NCBI GenBank assembly: GCA_963422375.2
Contig: OY729428.2
Location: 1,760,001 to 1,824,000 of the forward strand
DNA from: Bryobacterales bacterium
Lineage (GTDB): Bacteria; Acidobacteriota; Terriglobia; Bryobacterales; UBA6623
DNA length: 64,000 bases
Reading direction: 5' to 3'
The position numbers and the translations under genes are program-made. The notes beneath the pieces are model-generated. The model did not search any database, was not told where the DNA came from, and saw only the letters and a program-made list of their open reading frames with translations. The stretch's first letter is position 1. Each line of letters starts with the position of its first letter. Below are positions 56,012-64,000 of the stretch, piece after piece.

Positions 56012-56412
56012 ACACGCTGGTGCTCCGCGAGACGACGCGAATTCTCGTCGCGCTGATTCTGGTGTTCTCCGTGTTCATGCTGATGCGGGGCCACAACGAG
56101 CCGGGCGGCGGGTTCGTCGGCGGCCTGATCGCGTCGATCGCTTTCTCGCTGCATGCGTTCGTGGCCGGATCGGCGGCGCTGCGGAAGGTGCTGCGAGCCG
56201 ATCCCAGCCGGATCGGGGCTGTCGGCCTGGGCCTGGCGATCGCCTCGGGCTTCGTGGCGGCCGCCGGCGGGGACTCGCCGTTCCTAACCTCCTCCTGGGT
56301 GACCGTCAGCGGCATCAAGGTCGGCTCGCCTCTGCTGTTCGACGTCGGCGTCTACCTCGTCGTCGTCGGCGCGGTGCTAACGTTCGTCCTCGGCATCAAG
56401 GAAGAGAAGTGA
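56008..56412 (+). CDS. mrpB: Mrp antiporter subunit B
   Basis: [27 protein letters not shown] overlaps the mrpA stop. Confidence 0.93.
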   Translation: MNTLVLRETTRILVALILVFSVFMLMRGHNEPGGGFVGGLIASIAFSLHAFVAGSAALRKVLRADPSRIGAVGLGLAIASGFVAAAGGDSPFLTSSWVTVSGIKVGSPLLFDVGVYLVVVGAVLTFVLGIKEEK

Positions 56413-56453
56413 GCGCCTGACTCGCGACCGGCGAGCGTGCGGAGGCATTCGCG

Positions 56454-56840
56454 ATGCAGCAACTTGTGGCCGTGCTGGTGGGCGTGTTGATGGCGTCGAG
56501 CGTCTACCTGATGCTGAGCCGCAACCTGGTGCGGTTCGTGCTGGGGCTGGCCTTGATCTCCCATGCGGCCAACCTCTTGATCTTCGTCAGCGGCGGCATC
56601 ACCATCGCGATGCCCTCGCTCGTGCCGGAGGGCGCGAGCCGACCGGCCCCGGGCGGATCGGACGCGGTGGCCCAGGCCCTCATCCTCACGGCCATTGTGA
56701 TCTCGTTCAGCGTGCTCACGTTCGCGCTGGTGCTGGCCTATCGCGCCTACCAGCGGCTGGAGACGGTCGACACCGACGCGATGCGCGCGGCCGAGCCGCG
56801 GCGGCCCCCGCCGTCAGGCGGGGCGGGGGATCTTCCGTGA
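56454..56840 (+). CDS. mrpC: Mrp antiporter subunit C
   Basis: SHAANL, QALILTAIVISF. Confidence 0.93.
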   Translation: MQQLVAVLVGVLMASSVYLMLSRNLVRFVLGLALISHAANLLIFVSGGITIAMPSLVPEGASRPAPGGSDAVAQALILTAIVISFSVLTFALVLAYRAYQRLETVDTDAMRAAEPRRPPPSGGAGDLP

Positions 56841-58384
56841 GCTGGCTCCTATTCGGCCCGATCGTGCTGCCTCTGATCGCCGCGGTCGTCACCGGGAGCG
56901 CCGGCGGCGACCCGCGCCGCCAGCGCGCCATGAGCTTGTGTTCCGTCCTCGGCTTGCTCGGCCTCGCGGCCGCCCTGCTGACGACGGTCTGGCGGGAGGG
57001 CGTCTTCTCGGCGCAGGCCGGCGGCTGGCCGGCCCCGTTCGGGATCACCTTGGTGGCGGACCACCTCAGCGCCGCGATGGTGGCGGTCACGGCCGTGGTC
57101 GGCGTCGCGGCGGTGGTGTACTCCTTCGAGGATGTAGGCTCCGCCGTCCTGTCGCGGTCCTTCCATCCGCTGCTGCACGCGCTGCTGGCCGGCGTGTGCG
57201 GGGCGTTTCTGGCCGGGGATCTGTTCAATCTATACGTCTGGTTCGAGGTGATGCTGATCTCCTCGATCGGCCTGCTGGTGGTCGGCGGCACTAGGGCACA
57301 GCTCGACGGCGCGGTGCGCTACGCGGCGCTCAGCCTGATCGCGACCACGCTGCTGCTCACCGGTATCGGCCTGCTCTACGGCTTGGTCGGCACTCTCAAC
57401 ATGGCCGACTTGCACCTGCGCGTGCCGGAGCTGGCCAACCAGGGGCTGGTCACGGTGATCGCCTTGATCTTCATCGTGGCGTTCGGCCTCAAGTCCGCCG
57501 TCTTCCCGCTCTTCTTCTGGCTGCCCGCCAGCTACCACACCCCGAAGGTCACGGTCTCGGCGGTCTTCTCGGGGCTGCTCACCAAGGTCGGCGTGTACGC
57601 CCTCATGCGGCTCTTCACCCTCGTGTTCGTCGGCGACGCGGGCTTCACCCACCAGATCCTGCTCTGGGTCGCCGGCTTCACCATGGTGACGGGCGTGCTG
57701 GGCGCAGCCTCGCACGAGCACCTGCGGCGCATCCTCTCCTTCCACATCGTGAGCCAGATCGGGTACATGATCCTCGGGCTGGCCCTGCTGACCCCGCTGG
57801 GGCTGCTCGGCGGCATCTTCTACGTGATCCACCACATCGTGGTGAAGGCGAACCTTTTTTTCGTCGCCGGAGCCGTGCGGCGCTTGGGCGGGGCGTCCGA
57901 TCTGAGCAGGCTGGGGGGCCTCTACCGGGACAAGCCGCTCTTGGCCGCCCTGTTCTTCGTGCCGGCGTTCTCGCTGGCAGGCTTCCCCCCGCTGTCGGGC
58001 TTTTGGGCGAAGTTCCTGCTCGTCCGCGCTTCCATCGAGGCCGGCCAGTACGCGATCGCGGCGACGGCCCTCGGGGTAGGACTGCTCACGGCTTATTCGA
58101 TGACCAAGATCTGGCTCAATGCCTTCTGGAAGCCCCTTCCGGGCCACCTCGTGCCGCCCGCGCCGCTGCCACCGGCTAGACGCCGACTCCTGCTGGGCCC
58201 TGTCGCGGGCCTGGCGGCGATCACCCTGGCGATCGGCCTCTACGTGCGGCCGTTCTACGAGCTCGCCGAGCGCGCCGCCTCGGAGCTGCTGGACCCGAGC
58301 GCGTACGTGGAGGCCGTGCTGGGAGAGGCCGGCGGTCCGGTCGGGTCGGCGGGGCGCTCCGCCGGGAACGGAGCGGCGCGGTGA
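56837..58384 (+). CDS. mrpD: Mrp antiporter subunit D
   Basis: GWPAPFGI, GDLFNLYVWFEV, FFWLPASY, LLTKVGVY, GFPPLSGF. Confidence 0.95.
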   Translation: MSWLLFGPIVLPLIAAVVTGSAGGDPRRQRAMSLCSVLGLLGLAAALLTTVWREGVFSAQAGGWPAPFGITLVADHLSAAMVAVTAVVGVAAVVYSFEDVGSAVLSRSFHPLLHALLAGVCGAFLAGDLFNLYVWFEVMLISSIGLLVVGGTRAQLDGAVRYAALSLIATTLLLTGIGLLYGLVGTLNMADLHLRVPELANQGLVTVIALIFIVAFGLKSAVFPLFFWLPASYHTPKVTVSAVFSGLLTKVGVYALMRLFTLVFVGDAGFTHQILLWVAGFTMVTGVLGAASHEHLRRILSFHIVSQIGYMILGLALLTPLGLLGGIFYVIHHIVVKANLFFVAGAVRRLGGASDLSRLGGLYRDKPLLAALFFVPAFSLAGFPPLSGFWAKFLLVRASIEAGQYAIAATALGVGLLTAYSMTKIWLNAFWKPLPGHLVPPAPLPPARRRLLLGPVAGLAAITLAIGLYVRPFYELAERAASELLDPSAYVEAVLGEAGGPVGSAGRSAGNGAAR

Positions 58385-58857
58385 CGGGCCTGTTCCGCTT
58401 CAACCTGCTGCTCGCGGTGGGCTGGTGCGCCCTCTGGGGCGGCTTCACGTCCGCCAACTTCGTGGCTGGGTTCCTGATCGGCTTCGGGGCGCTGAGCGTC
58501 GCCAGCCCGATGTTCGGCAGGACCGGTTACTTCGGAAGCGTGGTTCGCATGGCGAACCTCGGGTTCTACTTTCTCTGGGAACTTGCCATCTCGAGCATTC
58601 AGGTGGCTTGGGAAGTGCTTACGCCGGTGCATCGGTCGCGGCCGGCGATCCTCGCGGTGCCCCTCGACATCGACGATCCGGCGCAGATCACGGTGTTGGC
58701 GAACCTGATCTCCCTGACGCCGGGGTCGCTGAGCCTGGACGTGAGCCCGGACGAGCGAACCCTATATGTGCATGTTATGTTCGTCGACGATCCGGACCGG
58801 GCGCGGCAGAAGATCAAGTCCGGATTCGAGCGCCGCGTGCGGGAGGCGATGCAGTGA
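58381..58857 (+). CDS. mrpE: Mrp antiporter subunit E
   Basis: LANLISLTPGS, LYVH. Confidence 0.93.
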   Translation: MTGLFRFNLLLAVGWCALWGGFTSANFVAGFLIGFGALSVASPMFGRTGYFGSVVRMANLGFYFLWELAISSIQVAWEVLTPVHRSRPAILAVPLDIDDPAQITVLANLISLTPGSLSLDVSPDERTLYVHVMFVDDPDRARQKIKSGFERRVREAMQ

Positions 58858-59186
58858 TCGGCCTGGCTCAGCACTCGGCGGTCGTGGCATGGGCCACCGG
58901 CGTGACGGCGGGCCTGACCCTGCTGGGGATGGTGCTGGCCTTCGTGCGCCTGGTCAAGGGGCCGTCCTTGCCGGACCGCGTGGTGTCGGCCGACCTGATC
59001 ACGACGCTCTCGGTAGCGCTCGCGGGCCTGTTCGCGGTGGCTAGTCGCCGGCGGGAGTTCGTTGACGTCGCGGTCGCGCTGGCCCTCGTGGCGTTCCTGG
59101 CGACGGTCGCATTCGCCTGGTATGCGGACCGGCGCACCCCCCAGATCGGCCCGGAGAGCGGGCCGCCCGGAGGAGGGGGGAGCTGA
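58854..59186 (+). CDS. mrpF: Mrp antiporter subunit F
   Basis: RLVKGPSLPDRVVSAD, FLATVAFA. Confidence 0.92.
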   Translation: MIGLAQHSAVVAWATGVTAGLTLLGMVLAFVRLVKGPSLPDRVVSADLITTLSVALAGLFAVASRRREFVDVAVALALVAFLATVAFAWYADRRTPQIGPESGPPGGGGS

Positions 59187-59188
59187 TC

Positions 59189-59551
59189 ATGCCGCCCGAA
59201 TCGACGCTGGCCGACTGGGTCGTCGCCGCCGTGCTCGTGACGGGCGGGTTCTTCCTGTTCGTCGCGAGCCTGGGTATCCTGCGCATGCCGGACGTGATCA
59301 TTCGCATGCACGCATCGACGAAGGCGGGCACGCTCGGCGCGGGGCTGGTCTTCATCGCCGTGGCCCTGCACCTCGGGGACATCGTGACGGTCTGGCTGTC
59401 GATCCTGACCGTGGTGTTCCTGCTGGTGACCGCGCCGGTCGCCGCCCACGCGATCGCGAGGGCGGCCTACCGCATGAGAATCCCGCTCTGGAAGAACACT
59501 CACCTAGACGAGTGGAAGGGGCAGGCCGCGCCCAGGAGGAAATCTCCCTAG
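59189..59551 (+). CDS. mrpG: Mrp antiporter subunit G
   Basis: RMPD..RMHASTKAGTLG, TAPVAAHAIARAA. Confidence 0.93.
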   Translation: MPPESTLADWVVAAVLVTGGFFLFVASLGILRMPDVIIRMHASTKAGTLGAGLVFIAVALHLGDIVTVWLSILTVVFLLVTAPVAAHAIARAAYRMRIPLWKNTHLDEWKGQAAPRRKSP

Positions 59552-59677
59552 ATCCCCCGGACTTGGGACGATCGGCCACTCTTCGCCGGGATCACCCCGG
59601 TCGACCTGGCGAGCCACGGGTGCCTGCGAGCCGCAAGCGCAGCAGGTCGAGGGGCGCTCGGCTCCGCCGCGTCGACG

Positions 59678-60994
59678 CTAGTCGGGGAGGTCCGCTTGCC
59701 CGGGCTCGGGGAGCCAGAAGCTGGCGGCCAGGCCGATCGCGTAGGTCGCCGTGCCAACGATGCCGGCGGCGGACGCCAGCTGCAGGAACTGGTCGGCGCC
59801 CGGAGCGTAGTTCGCGATCGTGGTCGTCACCATCGCCGCGAACGTCCCGAGCATCCGCCCGCCGATGTTTGCGGCGAAGGCCTCGCCCGTGCCGCGCAGG
59901 CGGGTCGGGTAGACGCGAGGCAGGTAGTTCCCCCAGAAGCTGAATTGCGCTACGGTGACGAGGCCGGCTAGGAAGATCCCGACGCGCAGCATTTCTAGGT
60001 TGCTGGTAGCGGCGTAGAAGAATACGAACGGGAAAACCACGATGCCGCAAAGCTGAAACGCTCGTAGCATGTTCCGGCGGGACGCGACCACCACTACCAG
60101 CACGGCGAGCAGGAGTCGGCCCGCCACGCCTCCGACCTCCTGCACAGCCTGGACGCCGGCAATCACCCCCTCCTGAGCGGGGCGGTCGAGGTCGGGCACT
60201 AGGCCGGGCACGATTCGCGGCACGTGCTGGATGGCTCCGAAGGCGGCCCCGTAGCTGCAGGCCACGATGACAGTCGTGACGACAGTGGTGCGGAACAGCC
60301 GCGGCTGGAACAGCTCCAGGACGCTCGGGCGCTGGAGCAGCCCCTTCTTCTTCTTCTCCGCCCAGAGCGGGGATTCCGGCAGGAATGGCCGAATGACCAT
60401 GAGCGGGATCGCTGGGATGAGCCCGGAAATCAGGGTGTAGCGCCATGCTTCGTGCCCGCCGTAGATTTCCGGCAGCCGCTCGCCGTGCGTGTTGGCCAGG
60501 TAGTAGGCGCCCGTCACCATCAGGCCTCCGACCGAGCTGAAGGCCTGGGTCCAGCCCAGGACGGCTTCGCGCCTCTTGGCCTCGGGGAAGAGTTCGGCGA
60601 GCCAAGCGATCGCCGCCACGAATTCCACCGCGACTCCGATGAAGGTGGTGCAGCGGAAGAACAGCAGCGCCCACAGATTGGTCGCGAAGCCCGCGGCGCA
60701 GGCCGAGAAGCCGTACAGCAGGATGCTCCAGACGAGCACCGACCGTCGGCCGAGCCGGTCGGTCAGCCAGCCGCCCAATAGTCCGAACACGCCGCCGAAC
60801 ACGGCCGGTACGAAGAACAGCAGGCCCACCCACTGGTTGAACTCGGGCGTGCCGGGGCGCACGTCCGCCAGCTCCAGCAGCGCCGGCCGCACGATCAGCG
60901 GCAGCATGAGCAGCTCGTAAATGTCGAACGCGAAGCCGAGAGCCGCGACGAAGCAGATGAGCCACTGCTTGTCGGTGGGTTTCGGATGCGCCAT
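59678..60994 (-). CDS. MFS transporter
   Basis: Motif A GWLTDRLGRR; about 12 hydrophobic segments; YPTRLRGTG. Confidence 0.92.
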   Translation of the reverse strand: MAHPKPTDKQWLICFVAALGFAFDIYELLMLPLIVRPALLELADVRPGTPEFNQWVGLLFFVPAVFGGVFGLLGGWLTDRLGRRSVLVWSILLYGFSACAAGFATNLWALLFFRCTTFIGVAVEFVAAIAWLAELFPEAKRREAVLGWTQAFSSVGGLMVTGAYYLANTHGERLPEIYGGHEAWRYTLISGLIPAIPLMVIRPFLPESPLWAEKKKKGLLQRPSVLELFQPRLFRTTVVTTVIVACSYGAAFGAIQHVPRIVPGLVPDLDRPAQEGVIAGVQAVQEVGGVAGRLLLAVLVVVVASRRNMLRAFQLCGIVVFPFVFFYAATSNLEMLRVGIFLAGLVTVAQFSFWGNYLPRVYPTRLRGTGEAFAANIGGRMLGTFAAMVTTTIANYAPGADQFLQLASAAGIVGTATYAIGLAASFWLPEPGQADLPD

Positions 60995-61044
60995 GGAATG
61001 CTCTAGACTCTACCGGATTGTGCCCGACGGATGACCCGGTTGCC

Positions 61045-61503
61045 TTACAGCACCAGTTCGCTTGCCTTCATGCCCCCGCAGCCGCCTTCCTTGAAGGGGC
61101 GCGGGCAGCCGCCCGTGTAGCAGGAATCCCCGCTGAAGCCGCGCGGGTTGATGAACTCGATCCACTCCCGCACCTTGGAACGCACCTGCTCGGCCGTCGC
61201 GTCCTGCTTGGCGATCATATACTGGCTCAGGCCCCAAACCGTACGGGAGATGTTGCAGGGGCAGCAGCAGGTGTAGGCGCTGTTGTCAGAGCAGCAGGGC
61301 GCGGGGATCGCTCCCAGGGCCGCCTTCTTGACGCGCTCCTGCGGCGGGGTTAGCCGGATCTCGGCGTGCCAGCGCATGAACTCGCGCGACTGCGCTTCCA
61401 CGTCGCGGAACTCGATCTCGGCCGCTTGCAGGCGCGGCTTCCGGATCAGCGCGAGCGGGCCCGCCGCGGCTAGGAACAGCAATTGCCTTCTCGCGAGCAG
61501 CAT
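61045..61503 (-). CDS. Small Cys-rich exported hypothetical protein (152 aa)
   Basis: RRQLL Tat-like leader ending LQA; PCC..CCCPCN, CY.GGC.RPF..GGCGGM. Confidence 0.72.
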   Translation of the reverse strand: MLLARRQLLFLAAAGPLALIRKPRLQAAEIEFRDVEAQSREFMRWHAEIRLTPPQERVKKAALGAIPAPCCSDNSAYTCCCPCNISRTVWGLSQYMIAKQDATAEQVRSKVREWIEFINPRGFSGDSCYTGGCPRPFKEGGCGGMKASELVL

Positions 61504-61589
61504 CCCCCCAGAATAGCTCAGTGCCTCTCTGGTGCGGCGGGCATCTGGTCGGGAGCGTTCTTCCGGCCCGGCGCGACCGGCGGGCGGTT

Positions 61590-62231
61590 CTAGTCCAGCC
61601 GCCGGATTCTCACGTTCCTGAAGCTCACGGTGCTGTTGTGGTCCTGAAGGGCGATGCGCCCGCTGCGAGCCTGGCTGAGGCCCGTGCCTTTCTTGGCGGC
61701 TGCGGCGCGTCGGCGGAAGTCGTCGCTCGCAAAGTCGAACTCGACCACCAATCGGCCGTTGAGCCAGTGCCGGGCGACGGATCCTCGAACAAGAATCCGC
61801 AAATCGTTCCATTCGCCCGGCGGCCTGGCCGCGCCCGCGTCGGGAGCGTAGCGCCCGTACGCCGCCCCGGCTCGGCGCTTCGGATCCCGCTGCGATGCCG
61901 TTCGGGCGTTGTCGGCGATCTGGCACTCGACGGCGGAGCCGGCGGGGTTGCCGTCCCCGGCGTAGCGGTAGAACACGCCGCTGTTGCCTAGCGGCTCGAC
62001 CGCCCACTGGAGGCGCAGGTCTAAGTCCCCGAACTCGCGGTCGGAGACGAGCATTCCGGGCCGCCCGCTGACGGCGAGGACGGAGCCGGAGACTGTCCAA
62101 GAACCGGTGCCGCCCTCCCGTCGCGCGACGGACCAGCCATTCAGAGTGGTGCCGTCGAAGAGAGGCTTGAAGCCCGGCTCGGCCGCCTGCGCGCCGGCCG
62201 CGAGCACGATTGCGAGGGCAGCCTGCTTCAT
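61590..62231 (-). CDS. DUF1080 (3-keto-disaccharide hydrolase-like) protein
   Basis: GFKPLFDGTTLNGW, GNSGV, GEWN, HWLNG, GRIALQDH..FRNVRIR. Confidence 0.9.
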   Translation of the reverse strand: MKQAALAIVLAAGAQAAEPGFKPLFDGTTLNGWSVARREGGTGSWTVSGSVLAVSGRPGMLVSDREFGDLDLRLQWAVEPLGNSGVFYRYAGDGNPAGSAVECQIADNARTASQRDPKRRAGAAYGRYAPDAGAARPPGEWNDLRILVRGSVARHWLNGRLVVEFDFASDDFRRRAAAAKKGTGLSQARSGRIALQDHNSTVSFRNVRIRRLD

Positions 62232-63700
62232 AGCTCGCGCACCTGCTCCGTTTCAAGGTCGAAGGCCATGGCCTTGTTCCGGCGGTGGGCTTCCACGCCT
62301 AGGCTGACCGCGACCTGCGAGCGGTACCCGAGCTCGCCGTCCAGCGGAGCCGGCTTGCGCGTGCGGATGGCCTCTAGGAAGTAGTGCCGGAACGACTCGG
62401 TCCGGAGTGCCTCGATGCGCAGCGTCGGCTTCACGGCCAGGGTCTCGGCGCGTTGCTCGAACAGCGCCTGCAGATAGGCGTCGCGCGCATCGCCCGGAAC
62501 GGCGACTCCGGGGCGCGAGCGTGCGTCGCTCTCATACCGCTCGCGCCAGCGCGGCTCGGCCAGAAGCATCGCGACCATTTGTCGCTTGCGGCGCTCGCTC
62601 ATGCCATGGATGTTCGTCGGCCGGACAGGGAGCCTCTCCTCGGCCCACGTGCCCATCGCGTCCAGGCCGGATGCGGCGACCCGCTCCCTGAAGCCGTCGA
62701 TGAATGGCTCCTCGGGAACCAGGCGCAGGGATCTCGGCCGCAGGTGGTTGCCCTCGAAGTGAATGTTGGCCTCGTGCCCGCGCACGATGATCGGCAGCTC
62801 GACGCTGTTTCGCAGCGAACCCCCGCACACGACGGTGTGCCTGGACGGGAAGTCGAGCGAGATGACGAGGACGTCCGGAACCTCCATGACTGCGTCGGGC
62901 GTGCCGTATAGCCCGCCGGCCGAAACGGCGCGGACCGGGAACTCCCTGCCGAGCACGTGGATGAGGGGCGTCACGTGGTGGTAGTAGAGGTCTGTCGCGA
63001 TGCCGCCCGAGTAGTCGCGGTAGCGCCGCCAGCGGAAGAATCTCTCCCGCGAGAACGGTCGCTTCGGGGCGCTCCCCAGGAACGCGTCCCAGTCCAGGTT
63101 GGCGGGGCTGGCCGTCCGGTCAATCACGTAGTGGAACGGAGGGTTGCGGGTGTTCCGGCTCCGGCTGGTCTGGCTCCAGAGAATCTTCCCCAGCAGGCCC
63201 GCCGCGACGGCCCGGCGGGCCGGCTCCCAGATGCCGTGCGCGATGTGCTCGCTGTCTACGGCGAGGATGCGGTTGGTTTCCTTGGCGACGCGGACCATCT
63301 CCCTGGCTTGGGCCACGGTCAGGCTCATGGGCTTCTCGACATCCACGTCCTTGCCGGCCTGCATAGCGTCAATCGCCATCGGCGCATGCCAGTGGTCCGG
63401 GGTGCAGATGATTACCGCGTCCACGTCCGCGTCGGCGAGAAGGTCCCGGTAGCGCCTGTAGCCCTTGGCCCCGGTCTGGGACACGCCGGCGTCCAGACGG
63501 GGGGCGTAAATGTCGCAGACTGCGGAGACCCGGGAGTCGGCCCGCTCCGTGTACTCCCCGATGTGCCCCTTCGAGATGTTGCCTAGGCCGATGATGCCGA
63601 TGCCCGCGACGTCGTTCGCGCCGAGTATCCTGCTGTACGACACGGCCGTCGCTGCGAGCGCGGCTCCGGCGCCGAGCCTGCGACGTGTCAGCCCGTCCAT
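62228..63700 (-). CDS. Gfo/Idh/MocA oxidoreductase with Tat leader
   Basis: TRRR leader, IGLGN, TPDHWH, GKDVDVEKP, WRRYRDYSGG. Confidence 0.9.
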   Translation of the reverse strand: MDGLTRRRLGAGAALAATAVSYSRILGANDVAGIGIIGLGNISKGHIGEYTERADSRVSAVCDIYAPRLDAGVSQTGAKGYRRYRDLLADADVDAVIICTPDHWHAPMAIDAMQAGKDVDVEKPMSLTVAQAREMVRVAKETNRILAVDSEHIAHGIWEPARRAVAAGLLGKILWSQTSRSRNTRNPPFHYVIDRTASPANLDWDAFLGSAPKRPFSRERFFRWRRYRDYSGGIATDLYYHHVTPLIHVLGREFPVRAVSAGGLYGTPDAVMEVPDVLVISLDFPSRHTVVCGGSLRNSVELPIIVRGHEANIHFEGNHLRPRSLRLVPEEPFIDGFRERVAASGLDAMGTWAEERLPVRPTNIHGMSERRKRQMVAMLLAEPRWRERYESDARSRPGVAVPGDARDAYLQALFEQRAETLAVKPTLRIEALRTESFRHYFLEAIRTRKPAPLDGELGYRSQVAVSLGVEAHRRNKAMAFDLETEQVREL

Positions 63701-64000
63701 GCCCGGCATTTTACAGCAGGAGTCGCTGCGCCGCGGGCCCGATTCCGGTTAGGGATGCGCCTCTCGGTCACTCCGCAGCCGCTGCGCCGACGAGCGGCAG
63801 CCCCCACGGCAGGCCCGCTCCCCGGCCTGCGATGGCTTGGTCGCCTTTCATTCCGGTGAATGCGTGCTCAACCCGCCCGGGTTGCCCTTGCCGCGCCCGG
63901 CCCGCTACGAGTTGCGGGTCGGTTCCGGCCTGCGACTTGGCGTTGCGGTCCGAATGGTACCGTCCGCCGGAGTGGCAAGGGTCTCCAGCCCGCCCGGCCA

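Overview
GC-rich bacterial window. The gene content suggests an Acidobacteriota (Bryobacterales/Solibacter-like) genome, but this is inference only: TonB-dependent receptors, three DUF1553(PSD1)/DUF1501 pairs, sulfatases, a CRTAC1/ASPIC-like gene, PQQ-type beta-propellers, DUF1080 and a Gfo/Idh/MocA oxidoreductase. A complete mrpABCDEFG Na+/H+ antiporter operon lies at 53.7-59.6 kb. The stretches at about 6-25 kb and 40-48 kb are insertion-sequence graveyards. They hold three IS1595-family lineages (A x4 plus a stub, B x3, C x1), two ISNCY-like elements, IS630, IS30, IS1380 and a group II intron remnant, often nested with readable TIRs and TSDs. These insertions have broken a TonB receptor, a CRTAC1-like gene, a sulfatase and a low-GC restriction-modification locus. 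The most striking signal is how the IS copies decay. They show a directional CTGG/CCAG->CCGG substitution (W->R, L->P, Q->R) across unrelated IS families, plus about ten 8-14 bp tandem microduplications. This suggests a sequence-specific, possibly repeat-directed, inactivating process. No rRNA, tRNA or CRISPR array was seen.
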